From Chiloscyllium plagiosum (Eukaryota): a stretch of DNA of 64,000 bases. Position numbers and translations under genes: made by a program. Location: contig NC_057718.1 of assembly GCF_004010195.1 (NCBI RefSeq), positions 88,206,876-88,270,875 on the forward strand, given 5' to 3'. Below the pieces are notes generated by a model. The model worked only from the letters and a program-made list of their open reading frames with translations. It was not told the DNA's origin and did no database searches. Shown here in pieces: positions 12,665 through 26,127 of this stretch (within the stretch, counting starts at the first letter, position 1; every line of letters begins with the position of its first letter).

Positions 12665-13335
12665 TCTTGAAAGTAGAGTTGCAGGTAGATAGAATAGTGA
12701 CGAAGGCATTTGGTATGCTTTCCTTTATTGGTCAGAGTATTGAGGACAGGAGTTGGGAGGTCATTGTTGGGACTGTACAGGACATTGATTAGGCCACTTA
12801 TGGAATATTGCATGCAATTCTGGTCTCCTTCCTATCGGAAAAATATTGTGAAACTTGAAAGGATTCAGAAAGATTTACAAGGATGTTGCCTGGGTTGGAG
12901 GATTTGAGCTATAGGGAGAGGTTGAATAGGCTGGGGCTGTTTTCCCTGGAGCGTTGAAGGCTGAGGGGTGACCTAGTAGAGGTTTATAAAATCATGAGGG
13001 GCATGGATAGGGTAAATAGGCAAAGTCTTTTCCCTGGGGTGGGGGAGACCAGAACTAGAGGGCATAGGTTTAGGGTGAGAGGGGAAAGATATAAGAGATG
13101 TAAGGGGCAACTTTTTTTCATGCAGAGGGTCGTGCTTGTGGAATAAGCTGCCAGAGGAAGTAGTGGAGGCTAGTACAATTTAAAAGGCATTTAGATGGGT
13201 ATATGGATAGGAAGGGTTTGGAGGGATATCGGCCGGTTACTGGTAGGTGGGACTAGATTGGCTTTGGATATCTGGTTGGCATGGATGAGTTGGACCAAAG
13301 GGACTGTTTCCGTGCTGTACATCTCTGGCTCTATT
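12665..13335 (+). mobile_element. CR1-type LINE 3' fragment
   Basis: LYRTLIRPLMEYCMQFWSP...; same 3' UTR as 4336-5030. Confidence 0.9.
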
Positions 13336-13761
13336 AGGCTGGTTTTTGAAATTTCAGATATTTAAACTTTTTTTTATTGAATTACTCTTGTCCCCAGAAC
13401 CTTGCCTGAGGTTCTGGGTTACTGATATTGTAAAATTGCCACTATGCCATCATCTCCAATTGTTACTGTAAAATCCAACTATATTTTAAAAAGTTTTGAT
13501 TTATATGGAGACTGTAATATTATTATTAAATGTTGTGACTTGTGTGACAGAATGCCTTTAACCCTGATCAGTTCTTGATTATCCCATCCTTGAATCGTTG
13601 AACAGAGGTCTCCTTTTCCTCCTTCAATGTCTTGCCCACTAACAATGCAATGTTCCACCGATACTGGCTTTTTAAAAAATAAGTTCCTGAATTCTCACAA
13701 TTCTTGACCACTGCTGAGTAAACAATTTTGAAAAAGATTTTTTTTTTTAATTTTGTGGTAG

Positions 13762-13864
13762 TGCCATCAAAGTGATGTGTTGGTGGTGACCAGTCCTGCA
13801 CCAGAAGGACTTGGAGAAGACTGGTTAAAAGCTGACACGACCATAATCTCCTACAATTTACCAG
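13762..13864 (+). CDS. MTHFD1L: MTHFD1L internal exon (degenerate dehydrogenase/cyclohydrolase-like region), CHQSDVLVVTSPAPEGLGEDWLKADTTIISYNLP
   Basis: tag acceptor and gtaaag donor; 103 nt, phase 0 to 1. Resembles human LHEADIVVLGSPKPEEIPLTWIQPGTTV; phase fits the next exon. Confidence 0.75.
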
Positions 13865-14369
13865 GTAAAGAGCAGTTTGAACTGGCTGAGAGGCAACAGC
13901 CTTAAGTTTGGTTGTGGACTAAGCAGTTGATGAAAAGTGGTTTGGTAAAGACTTCTATTTATATGGCATCTTGCTTGAGTTCAGAACTTTGCAAAGCACT
14001 TTATAGCCAAGAATGTTACCAGTGACCTACAGCTGACTTCGTAACTCACTGAGGCTGTTTGTTACAGAAGATGAGAGAATTCTTAATCCCAAGGAAAGAA
14101 AAAGGTTAGAGAACTGTCTTTGTTGAGCTTTCAGGTAAGAGTGCAAAGGAAATTTGAAAACATAGGAGTTTATTTTTTCCCACTTAAAATGTTTGTAAAT
14201 TGACCACTGAGACAAGGCAGTCACTTTGGGTGAAAAGCTGATGGATTGGTTCCCTTACAAATGCTCCTGGATAGACTTGATTCTGGTTCAAGATCATTAC
14301 AGGACTTTTAAGGAAGAAATTGTATATCTCAGTTTATAAATAAATGACCTGTTTTGTGTGGTGTTCCAG

Positions 14370-14473
14370 CTGCAGGTTTTACTTCAAGTTCCAATCACCA
14401 GGATTTTCAGCAAGATGAACCTGGGTCATCACATAATGGAATTAGTCTCCTGACAGCAGCAATGCAGATTAAG
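14370..14473 (+). CDS. MTHFD1L: MTHFD1L internal exon, ...GFTSSSNHQDFQQDEPGSSHNGISLLTAAMQIK (alternative acceptor at 14376)
   Basis: Open frame, phase 1 to 0, gtttga donor. The C-terminal part matches human DVILLAAALRIQ and joins in frame to the 18589 exon. Confidence 0.75.
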
Positions 14474-14917
14474 GTTTGATAATGTTTAAATCTCTTCTAT
14501 CTCGATCAGATGGTCCTCTTCCTCCAGTTCTGTATCTTAATTCAGCGAATGGAGAAATGAGAAGTTGAAGACTTTTTTTTCCATCATAGTGATCTACGTA
14601 CTCAGTAATCATATATTACTAAGTACTGATGGCTGAAATAATTGTTTTAGAATAGGAGACTGTATTTCTTAAAAGCAAGATATTCATGACAATTGAAAGA
14701 AGGAGGCTATGAACATAGACATTTAAAAATGCAACCTAGGTTGCTTGTTTTAGCAACTCACGAATGATATCTTTGATATTACAGTGTAGATTGACAAGAT
14801 GATATGAGAACTAAGTGATAAATTAAGAATGAAGGTTTTAGAGATTGTGATAGATGCTATTTACAGTGGCCAATTACAACATTCAAAAGGCATCTGGATA
14901 GGTGTATGAATAGGAAG

Positions 14918-15135
14918 TTGAAACTTTATTGCTGGAACAGCACAGTAGGTCAGGCAGCATCCAGGGAACAGGAGATTCGACGTTTCGGGCACAGGCCCTT
15001 CTTCAGGAATGAAGAAGGGCCTGTGCCCGAAACGTTGAATCTCCTGTTCCCTGGATGCTGCCTGACCTACTGTGCTGTTCCAGCAATAAAGTTTCAACTT
15101 TGATCTCCAGCATCTGCAGACCTCACTTTCTCCCC
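14918..15135. mobile_element. Fold-back PLE-terminus insert with a 14-bp TSD and a hammerhead motif
   Basis: TSD GTATGAATAGGAAG at 14904-14917 and 15136-15149; inverted arms of about 90 bp. Confidence 0.85.
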
Positions 15136-15563
15136 GTATGAATAGGAAGGGTTTACAAGGACATGGGCCAAAAGCTGGTAAATGGGGCTAGATTACTTTA
15201 GGATATCTGGTTGGCGTGGATGAGTTGGACAGAAAGGTCTGTGCTACACATCTCTTTTGAGCATGACTGATTAGGGATAGTCAACATGGCTTTGTGTGTG
15301 GGAAATCGTGTCTCATGAACTTGATTGAGTTTTTTGAAGAAGTAACAAAGAGGATTGATGAGGGCAGAGCGGTGGACGTGATCTATATGGATTTCAGTAA
15401 GGTGTTCGACATAGTTCCTCATTGTAGACTGGTTAGTAAGGTTAGATCTCATGGAATACAGGGAGAACTAGCCATTTTGATACAGAACTGGTTTGAAGGT
15501 AGAAGAAAGAGGGTGATGGTGGAGGATTGCTTTTCAGACTGGAAGCCTGTGATCAGTGGTGTG

Positions 15564-16060
15564 TAACCGGCAAAGAGGCAGGCATAGCTGGGGGCAATGT
15601 GAGTGCCCATAGCCCTCTCTTGGGTTTGGAGGAAGCGCAAGGATTAGAAGGAGAAGTTGTTAAGGTTGAGGACCAGTTCAGCCAGGCAGATGAGGGTGTC
15701 AGTGGAAGGGTACTGGTTGAGATGGCGTGAGAGGAAGAAACTGAGGGCTTGGAGACCTTTGACGTGGCAGATAAATGTGTACAGGGACTGGATGTCCATG
15801 GTGAAGATAAGGCATGGGGGGGCCAAGGAAACAAAAGTCTTGGAAGTGAAGGGCGTGGGTGGTGTCCCGAAAGTAGGTGGGGAGTTCCTGGACTAAGAGC
15901 AGTAGGACAATATCAAGGTGTTCAGAGCAGGCTGAGACAATGGGTCAACTGGGGAAGTCAGGTTTGTGACTCTTTAGTAGAAGTAGAATCGGGTGGTACG
16001 GGGTTCTCCGACTCTGAAGTTGGAGGCTGTGCATAGGAGATCCCCAGAGGTAATGAGGTT
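15564..16060 (-). mobile_element. Penelope-like RT fragment
   Basis: FTMDIQSLYT...LAELVLNLNNFSF and AMGTHIAPSYACLF, PLE RT motifs A and B. Confidence 0.8.
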
Positions 16061-18588
16061 ACACGCGCACTCACACAGACCCTCTCTCATACACAAACTC
16101 ACTCTCATACACGCACATGTACACCCTCCACGCTCTCACCCACGCACCCTCTCACAGACTCGTACTCCATCACACTCACGCACACTTTACCAAGCTTGCA
16201 CAAATACAAACACACACACACTACATGCTCGCATGCACTCACTCTCATTCTTTCTCCTGCACACGCGTGCACATTTAAGTCTATGGGGTGCATTTGCATT
16301 TACAGATATATTCTACAGCATGTTCGTCTTAGAGTGAAAAGGCTAGCAGGAGTAAGGAACCCTGGTTGACTAGAGTTACTGAGGTTCTGGTCAAGAAAAA
16401 GGAGGAGGCTTATGACATGTATAGGCACCTGGGATCAACTGAATTCCCTGAGTATAGAGGGTGTTGGAGTACACTTAAGAAATCAGTAGGACCAAAAGGG
16501 GACATGAGATGGCTATGGCAGATAAGGTAAAGGAGAATCCAAAGAAATTCTACAAATACATAAAGGGCAAAAAGGTAACTAACGAGATAGGGCCTCTTAA
16601 AGATTAACAAGGTTGTTTATGTGGTAGCCACTAAAGATGGATGAGCTCCTAAATGAATATCTCTTGTCAGTATTCAGTTGAGAAAGGCATAGATCCTGGG
16701 AACTTGGGGAAATACATGGTGATGTCTTGAAGAGAGACCAGCTTACAGAAGAGGAGATGCTGGAAGTCTTAAAACGCATTGAGGTAGATAAATCCCTAGG
16801 ATCTGTTGAAATGTATCTCAGGACGTTTTGGGAGGCTAGGGAGGAAAGTGTGGGGCTCCTAGAAGAGATATTTGTATCATTGATAGTCATGGATGAGGTG
16901 CCCTAAGATCGGAATGTGGCTATAATGTTGTGCCATTATTTAAGAAAAGCTGTAGGGAAATACCTAGGAACTACAGATCGGTGAGCCTAACATCTGTTGT
17001 GGGTAAGTTGTTAGCGGGGATTCTAAGAGACAAGATCTACAGGCGTAATAGGGTTGTAATATGGGGTTTTAGGGAAGATCTCATTTGGGATAGTCAGCAT
17101 GGTTCTGTGCAAGGGAAATGGTGTGCCTCAAATTTGATTGAGCTTTTTGCAGGGGTGACCAAGAAAGTAGATGAGGGCAGTGCAGTAGACATTATCCACA
17201 TGAAGTTTAGCAAAGCCTTTGACAAGGTTCCACGTATTAGGTTGCCGAGTAAGGTTAAATCTCATTGGGTCCAGGGACAGAGAGCCAATTGAATGCAAAA
17301 TTGGCTTATTGTAGAAGACAAGGTGGTGGTAGAGGGTTGTTTTTCAAATTGGAAGCTGCAACCAGCCATGTGCAATAGGGATTAGTGCTGGGTCCACTGT
17401 TACTTGTCATTTTTATAAATGATTCGGATGAGAATTGCAAAGATATGGTCAGAGAGAACTTTTTCTCACAAAGGTAGGTTAATCGCAAATTCCAATCATA
17501 ATATTGACAGATTTTTGTTGGTAAATATTACAAATGTAGATAAGTAGAGTTAAGATATAAATTAACCATAATCTAACTGACTGACAGAACAGGTTTGTGG
17601 ATAGAATGGCTGTCTTCTACTTTGCTTCTGTGTCATTATTGCAATCTGATCCTGTCAAATGGGAGAAACTAAATTCAGTTAATAAAATTATAGTATCATT
17701 AAAGGCAGGAAATATAGCTGTCAGTGTCTGGCTGGGCTCTAACTTCTGACTTAAAAGCCATAATATAAGGAATTTACAGCACTAGCTTCAAGCTCAACTT
17801 TTTTTTTGTTCTGCGAGTTAAGTCACATGAGAGGTTATTGGAAATGTGCTTTGGGTTGCTTCTGATGATTGTACCTGTATTATTTCGTTGAGGTCTACAT
17901 TTCTGTGACCTCAATTTTCATTAGCCACAAGTTCAACCTTCTTATGGCTAACAGCTTGCAGGAGATGGTGGTGTTACTGATTAGAACATAATTTAAGAAA
18001 AAAGGAGCAGGATTCAACCAATGCAATTCCCTTAGAGACCAAAAATCAATCTATCTCAACCTTAAATGTACAAATTGAATATTCAGTCCCCTGGGGTACA
18101 GCATTAAAGATTCATAATCCTTTTCGATAAGAAATATCTCCATATCTCAGCCTTATATGATTGATTCTTTAGTGTTCTAGATTCTCTAGCCAGAGGGCAT
18201 ATTCGCTCAGTTTCTACCTTGTGATGACCCAAAAAAGTGTTTCAATGAGACCACCTCATTCCCTCCCAAATGGCATTGTGGATGATCCTAGAATATTTGG
18301 ACTGCAGCAGTGCAAGAAGGTAGTTCACCATCATCTCAAGGGCAGCTGGGGATGGACAATAAATGCTGGCCAGCCAATGACAGCCAAATCCCATGAGTGA
18401 ATTTTAAAAAAGCTATTGTTATCATAAGATACCTCCTGTAACACATCATTGTGAAAAGACCAGTTTCACTCCTTTGTAAATGGGATGCACAAGTATTTCA
18501 CAAATAATTGGTGTAACTGAACAAACAGGTTTTTATGGGCTTGTTGTTTTTAGTCTAAATATTTAATTTATTGGTATACTTCACATAG

Positions 18589-18686
18589 AATACAGTTGAA
18601 AGCAGCAACAGATGGCTAAAACAGCAACAGCACAAAAAGTGGAATCTTCACCCTCTCAAATTGCAGCCCATCTCACCTGTCCCCAG
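18589..18686 (+). CDS. MTHFD1L: MTHFD1L exon NTVESSNRWLKQQQHKKWNLHPLKLQPISPVPS
   Basis: ag/gtaagc sites, 98 nt; matches human NMVSSGRRWLREQQHRRWRLHCLKLQPLSPVPS. Confidence 0.93.
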
Positions 18687-18878
18687 GTAAGCAATCAAAA
18701 TTCATTTACCTTCTATCCCTTTGGTATGGTTCAACAAAACGTTGTATTCGCTACCTAATATCTAATCTAGCCACAAAAAAATTAATAATATTAGAAGTAC
18801 TTGCTTCTGGTGTGTGCGCATTTTAGTTCTAAATCAAACTTATTTGATGGTTTTTTTCTTCACTCAAAATGTTTTCAG

Positions 18879-19052
18879 TGACATTGAGATATCCAGAGCG
18901 CAGACTCCAAAACCGATTGATGTCCTAGCCAAAGAGATTGGCCTGCTTCGGTCAGAAATAGAAGCCTATGGTTGGAATAAAGCAAAAGTCAAATTATCTC
19001 CCTTGGACAGACTAAAGGAACAGCCAGATGGAAAATATGTGTTGGTTGCCGG
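18879..19052 (+). CDS. MTHFD1L: MTHFD1L exon [58 protein letters not shown] (start of the synthetase domain)
   Basis: cag/gtaggt sites, 174 nt; FTHFS N-terminal motif. Confidence 0.96.
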
Positions 19053-19156
19053 GTAGGTACATTTTATTTTAATACCAGTCAGTATGAAGCCTTGGTGTGA
19101 ATTATTTTTCAAGAATTTATGTTAGTGCTTCTAAAGTACATGTTCTAACACTTCAG

Positions 19157-19675
19157 TCATAGAGTCCTAGAGATGTACAGCATGGAAACAGACTCTTGGT
19201 CCAACTCATCCATGTCGACCAGATATCCTAACCTAATGTAGTCCAATTTGCCAACACTTGACCCATATCCCTTTAAACCTTTCCTATTCATATACCCATT
19301 CAGATGCCTTTTAAATGTTGTACCAGCCTCCACCACTTCCTCTGGCAACTCATTTCATAGATGCACCACCCTTTGTGTAAAAACATTGCCCCATAGGTCC
19401 CTTTTTAAATCCCCCCCCACCCCCACCCCTCAATCTAAACCTATGCCTTCTAGTTCTGGACTCCCTCGCCCCAGAGAAAAGACCTTGTCTATTTACCCTA
19501 TCCATGCCTGTCATGATGTTCATAAGCCTCTATAAGGTCACCCCTCGGCCTCTGACACTCCAGGGAAAATAGCCCCAGGCTATTCAGCCCCTCCCTATAG
19601 CTCAAATCCTCCAACCCTGGCGACATCGTTGTAAATCTTTTCTGAACCCTTTCAAGTTGCACAACTTCCTTATAA
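19157..19675 (-). mobile_element. CR1-type LINE 3' fragment
   Basis: LERVQKRFTTM...LGLFSLE plus the CR1 3' UTR. Confidence 0.88.
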
Positions 19676-19844
19676 TGGGAAAGAAACCAGAATTGCAAAC
19701 ACTGTTCCTCCTTCAGGGAAGATTGAATGGGCTGGGGCTCTTTCTCCATCAAGAAGATGGAGAAAATCTACAAAGTTACAACTGGCTCATTAGGGTAGAT
19801 GTGGAGATGTTTCCAGTAGTAAGACCAGAGTTGGGAATTATACA

Positions 19845-20975
19845 TGAGAGAGTCATTAAGGTTGAATCTTATGGGATTAGGAGTAATTTATTACCCTGAA
19901 TAGATGACTGGCTGATGGACAGAAGACGTAGAAACAAGATAATTTTTTTTTCTAGATGGCAAGATGTAACTAGCGGGGTGCCACAAGGTTCAGTCTGTGC
20001 TCTCCAGCTATTTACAATCTACATTAACAACTTAAATACAGGGATAGAAGGCTCTATAGCCAGATTTGTGGATAACACAAAAATAGGCTGGACGGTAAAT
20101 TGCAATGAGGAAATTAGAACATTACAAATGGGTATACATAGTTTAGGAGAGTTGGTCGGAATGTGGCAGATGGATTTTAACGTGGAGAAAAGCAAGGTTA
20201 TACATTTAAGCTGCAAAAATGGGAAGGCTAAATATTATTTTAATGGGGAGAGACTTTGGAATGCTTCGGTACAGAGGGATCTAAGCATAATCATTCATGA
20301 GTCACAGAACACTAGCATGCTGGTACAACAGATAATAATATGGACAAATGGAATGTTGGCTTTTATAGCTAAAGAATACAAAGGAAATGAAGCATTGTTG
20401 CAGCTATACAAGATATTGGTGAGACTGCACCTGGAGTATTGTGAGGCTTTTGGTCCTCTTATTTGGTGAAAGATGTAGTGGCATTGGAGACAGTTCAGAG
20501 GAGTTTCACTAGATTGATCCCAGAGATGAGGGCTTTGTTGTATGAAGAGATTGAACAGTTTAGGCCTATACACTCTGGATTTTAGGAGAATGAGGGGAGA
20601 TCAAATTGAGGTATCAAGATGATAAAAGATGTGGATAAAATAGACGTGGAGCAGATGCTTTCTCTTGTGGGGCATTCTCGGGTGAGAGGTGATAGCCTTA
20701 GGAAACGGGGTAGCAAATTTAAAACCGAGTTGAAAAACTATTTTAAATTTAATACTACTTCTCCCAAAGAATTGTGAATCATGTGGAATTTGCTACCTTA
20801 AAGTGCGGTGGTTGCTGGGACAGTGAGGAAGTTTATGGAGGAGTTGGACAGATTTTTAATTGGTAATGGGTTGAAGGGATATGGAGAGAACGTATGAAAA
20901 TTGGGGTAAGGAGTATATCAAATGCAGAGCAGACTGGATGGATCAAATGGCCTAATTCTGCTCCTATGTCTTATT
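19845..20975 (+). mobile_element. CR1-type LINE RT/3' fragment (second subfamily)
   Basis: [10 protein letters not shown]...FVDNTK...WQMDFNVEKSKVIH...LVRLHLEYC. Confidence 0.88.
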
Positions 20976-21276
20976 AACTTGTTAATACTTCCAGTAAGGA
21001 AGTAATGAGAAGCTAATTTATTTAAGAGTAGTAAGAATGTGGAACTCACTGCTGTGTTACTAATGGCATGAATGCATTTACTGGAAAGATAGATAAGTAT
21101 AATGGCAGAAAACAATTGAAAGGTAATGCTGACAATACGTTATATAATGGTTAGAGTTTTTCTTTAGCTAGATGCAATAGCGATTAAACATTTGTATCGC
21201 TATGCTCCACTTACTGCAGGCAGAAACAATTGCTTATTCACTGATTCATACCCCCTAAGGTGCTACATGCATCCTA

Positions 21277-23745
21277 GAACATAAGAACTAGGAGCAGGAG
21301 TAGGCTGCCCGGCCCTTCGAGCCTGCTCTGCCACTCAGCGAGATCGTGGCTAATCTTTTCGTGGACTTAGCTCCACTTACCGTGTTTTCACCATATCCCT
21401 TAATTCCTTTTATTTTTTGAATAAGTATCTACCTTAACTTTAAAAGCGATTACTGAAGTAGTGTCAACTACTTCCCTGGGCAAGGAATTCCATAGATTAA
21501 CAACCCTCTCGGTGAAGAAATTCCTCCACAGTTCAGTTCTAAACATGCTTCCTCTAATCTTGAGGCCATGCCTTCTTGTCCTTGTTTCACCTAACAGTGG
21601 AAACATCCCATCTATTTCCATTTCATGGATTCTCTTCATAATTTTATATCTTTCTATAAGATCCCCCCCCCTCCCTTCTGAATTTCAATGAATATCAATC
21701 TACTCCGCTTTTCCTCATTAGCCAACCCCCTCAACTCCAGAATGAACCTTGAGAACCTCCTCGGCACTCACTCCATGCCAGTACATCCTTCCTTAAGTAA
21801 GGAGACCAAATCTGCACATAGTAGCCCAGGTGTGGCCTCACCAGCACCTTTTACAGCTGTAACATTATCTCTCTCTTTTTAAACTCAACCCCTTTAGCAA
21901 TTTGCCTTACTAATTATTTATTGTACCTGTAGACCAACCTTCTGCGATTCATGCACAAGGACACCCAGGTCCCTCTGCAAATAAGCATGCTGCAACTTTT
22001 TACCATTCAAGTAATATTCTATTTTGCTGGTACTCCTACCAAAATGTATGACTTCACGTTTACTAACATTGTATTCCATCTGCCAGACCTTTTCCCACTC
22101 ACTCAATGTATCTATCTATGTTCCTCAGCAAAGTTTCACAGTCCCCTGCACACTTTGCTCTGCCACTCATCTTAGTCATTGGCAATTGTGGTCCCCAACT
22201 CCAAATCATCTATATAAATTGTAAATAATTGTGGCCTCAACATCAATCTCTGAGGCACACCACTAGTCACTGATTGCTAGTCAGAATAGCACTCATTTAT
22301 CCCCACTCTTTTGAGTCATAGAGTCATAGAGATGTACAGGCTTTCTGTCAGGCAACCAATCCTCTATCCATGCTACTACTCTACTCCTAACACCATGCAT
22401 CCTTATCTTATGCAGCAGCCTTGTCAAAGGCCTTTTGGAAATCTAGGCACACCACATCTACTAGTTCCCCATTGTCCACCTTGCTTGAAATGTCTTCATA
22501 GAATTCCAAAAGATTTGTGAAGCATAACCTGCCATTCATGAACCCAGGCTGCTTCTGTACAATTGGACAATTTCTGTCGAGATGCCTTGCTATTTCTTCC
22601 TTGATAGTAGACTCGAGCATCTTCCCCCCCAAAGAGGTTAAGCTCACTGGTCTATAATTCCCCGTCTTTTGTCTACTTCCCTTTTTAAACAGTGGTGTTG
22701 CATTTGCTATTTTGCAATCTTCTGGGACTGCCCTAGAGTCCAGCAAATTTTGGAAAATTACTGCCTGTCCACCAGCTATTTCTCCTGCCATCACGTTTAG
22801 TACCTTGGGATGCATTCCATCAGGGCCAGGAGACTTATCTATCCTTAGCTCCATTAGCTTACCCTACACTAGCTCTTCCATAATAATAATAATTGTTTCC
22901 ACGTCCTCACCTACCTGTCTCTTCATCACTTACTGGCATGTTATTAATATCCTCCACAGTGAAGACCGATGCAAAGTACCTGTGAAGTGCCTCAGCCATT
23001 TCATCATATCCCGTAACTAATTGCCTCTTCTCATCCTCTAAAAGACTAACATTTACTTAAGCCACTCTTCTTCATTTTATATATTTATAGAAACTTTTGC
23101 TATCTGTCTTTATATTTTATGCTCGTTTTTTTTTCTCATACTCTATCTTAATTTTCTTTTATAGCTCTTTTTGTGGCTTTCTGTTGACCTTCAAAGTTTT
23201 CCCAGTCTTCTAGATTCCTGCTGTTTTTGGCCACTTTGTTTTCTTATCTGTCACTTTGATAGTCTGCCTTATTTCCTCAGACACCCATGGCAGATTACCC
23301 CTCCTCTTACAGTGCTTCCTTCTCACTGGAATATACTTTACTGAGCACTTGGAAAAATTTCTTTGAAAGTCCTCCACTGCTCGTCAACTGTCGTACCATA
23401 AAGTCTCTGTTTCCAGTCTACTTTAGCCAGGTCCTCCCTTATTCTATCGTAGTCCCCCTTATTCAAGCACAGGATCCTGGTATTGGATTTTATGTTCACA
23501 CTATCCAGCTGTATTTTAAATTCAGTCCAAATGGTGGAGGCTAGTACAATTGCAACATTAAGGGGCATCTGGGTGGGTATATGAATTGGAAGGGTTTGGA
23601 GAGATATGGTCCAGGTGCTGACAGGTGGGACTATATTGGGTTGGGATATCTGGTTGGCATGGAGGAATTGGACCGAAGGGTCTGTTTCCGTGCTGTAACT
23701 CTATACTGTGATCACTCCTTCCAAGGGGATCCATGACTAATAGAT
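21277..23745 (-). mobile_element. CR1-type LINE ORF2 fragment with a nested + strand CR1 tail (about 23530-23705)
   Basis: KSPGPDGMHPKVL...NYRPVSLTS...VDVVCLDFQKAFDK; WQMEYNVSKREVIHFG. Confidence 0.88.
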
Positions 23746-26127
23746 ATGAAGCTACAATTCTTACTAACTGCAATTTAAATCTCTAGTTGCATGTTCAAAA
23801 AGAGCTAGACATAACCAAGCAAAAGGGTACAGCACAGCAGGGACATCATTGATGTTCAAACAAAAACAGAACTTGCTAGAGAAACTCAGCAGGCCTGGCA
23901 GCATCTGTGGAAACCTGTTGAGTTTCTTCAGCATTTGTCTTTTGTTTGTTTCACATTTCCAGCTTTCACAGATCTTTGTTTTATCATTGTTCTGTTAATT
24001 TTAATGATAAAGAAAACTTACATAACAAGAATGTGTATAGCAACTTTGATGTACTAAAACCACTCAGTGCTTCACAGGAGCATTGTAAAATAAAATCTGG
24101 CACTTAGCCCAACAATAAGTAGGATTAATGGAGTTTCTTATGAGAAACAAAAGGATTTAGGGTAGGAATTCCAGATCTTAGGGCCATTGGCAACTGAAGA
24201 TGCAACTATCCCAATTAAAGGGGTAATTGGGATGCACAAGATGCCAGAGTTGGAGAAGCCTGGTTTTCACAATGAGTTGTAGAGGCTAGAGGAGATTAGA
24301 GAAACGAGGAGTGAAGCTACGAAGGTTTTTGAAAACAAAGGTGAGAAGTTAAAATCAAAGTGTTGCTTGACTGGGAGCCAATATAGCTCAATGAGCATGT
24401 TGATGGGTGAGCTGGATTTGATTACAGTTAGGATATGGGCAGCTGAGATTTGGGTGATGTTAAGTTAATGGAGGATAAAATCTGGCAAATAGGTGAAGAA
24501 TGAATTAGGCTGGTCAATTTTAGAGACAAAAAAGGTCATGAATACCCTGAACAGGTCAACTATAAAACTGAATGCCAGACACTTCAGTGCAACCAACTTG
24601 ATAATATGCCTTATAAGTGCAAGTTTAGGTGCCCAAATAGTTTTCGGGTATAAAATGAAGGTCTTGGGCTGGAGCAAAGACAAGTTAAAGTCGAGGTGTG
24701 ACTGAAATGATTCATTCAAGTTCACAATGATATCTTCCTGTACTGTGCCATTGTGTCTTTCTATTAAAATGGAATTGTGTTATAAGTTTGTCCAGTTTTA
24801 ATTTGATTGTCCACTGCTTTGCTGCTGATTATCGGGTATTTCGCATAACTTGAGTGAGAGAAGATGCATCAATCTTTTCACTTTTCATTCTGTATTCTTG
24901 AATCTGGTACTGATTTGCTTTTCTTGCCGTGTAATGCTAGCGTCTCAGAACATGTCAGAGAGATAGGGGACTATCTCCTCCCAACATCTACCTAATTGAT
25001 TTTTGAGTGAGAAGCCAGTATAAGCTAGGAGTTTTGGTGCAAGAACAGAGAGACATATAGTGTACTTGGAATGTGTTTAAGTGGCAGGACAGCTTGAGAA
25101 GAATATTGAATCCTTGCTATTTAAACAATGCCATTGGATAAAAAGTATTAACATTATTCTAAGACGTTATAGATCTCTGATTAGTCTTTAGTTAACCTAT
25201 TGTGCTCATTTCTGGATACTGGATTTTAGGGAGGATGTCAAGTTCTTGACGATACAGAAGAGACTGACTAGAATGGTACCAGGGATTGGGCTATCTGTTA
25301 GATGGAAAATAGTTAACATTAGAGCACCCTAAGAGCTAATTTTAAATCGAAGTACAGTATTAAAACAAAATCTCTATGGAAACTAATCTTAAAGTTGCAT
25401 CAATATAGAGCATGAGGTATTGGAAGATTTATAACTAAAATTTCTGTGCCACTAACAGGCACCCCTTTTACAAACTTAATGTTTCAAAGCGCAGTACAGA
25501 TGATTATATACATTTTTGAAGTGCAGTCACAATTGTAATGTTGAAATTGTGCAATTAGTTTGCATGACAAACTCCTACAAACAATACAGTGCCTCATAAC
25601 GTTTTCCTAGAGATGTTGGTTCAAGGATAAACATGTAGCTAGCAAGAATTAACTTGCCCTTTGAATTATTTAATGAGATCTTTCATGCCGACCTGAGAAA
25701 GCAGATGAGGCTCAGTTTAACATTTCATTTGAAAGAACAGAACAGCACTTTGTTTCAGTACTGCGCTGAAGTGTCAGCCAAGATTTGGTACCTGGAGTTC
25801 GTTGTTCTTTCTTTTGCTCTGCGTATCCCTCTCCTCTTCCCTCTCTCTCCCTTTTTGCAGTCAATCCAGACATTAATTGTCACGTCTAATTTTTAATCAT
25901 TTCTAGTTCTACCTTCCCTTGCTGGCATAAACCACCGTTGTTACTTCACTACTGCTAATCTGCATCTTTGAGCTATTTGCTTTCTCCTGCAACTGAAATG
26001 AAGTGCAGAGGAGATACGGAAGTGACTTCATTGGGTGTCTCCCAAACAAGTCAATACCTAGACTTTTGATGCTGTAATTGCTCAATTTGCAAAGTATGTG
26101 AGTAACTTCTATGTTTTATTTTTACAG

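Larger units (their letters stand above)
14855..17455 (+). mobile_element. Cluster of CR1 fragments (3' UTR and RT pieces) interrupted by PLE-derived sequence
   Basis: GKSCLMNLIEFFEEVT...[13 protein letters not shown] (15294-15566) and NYRSVSLTSVVGKLL...FSKAFDKVP (16930-17292). Confidence 0.8.

Noticed and set aside
16060..16275. CA-rich stretch with His/Thr-rich ORFs
   Set aside because: Degenerate (CA)n low-complexity sequence next to a PLE fragment.
18814..19056. ORF-track starts upstream of MTHFD1L exons (also 26111 and 59120)
   Set aside because: The N-terminal extensions are intronic polypyrimidine tracts; the true boundaries are the splice sites.
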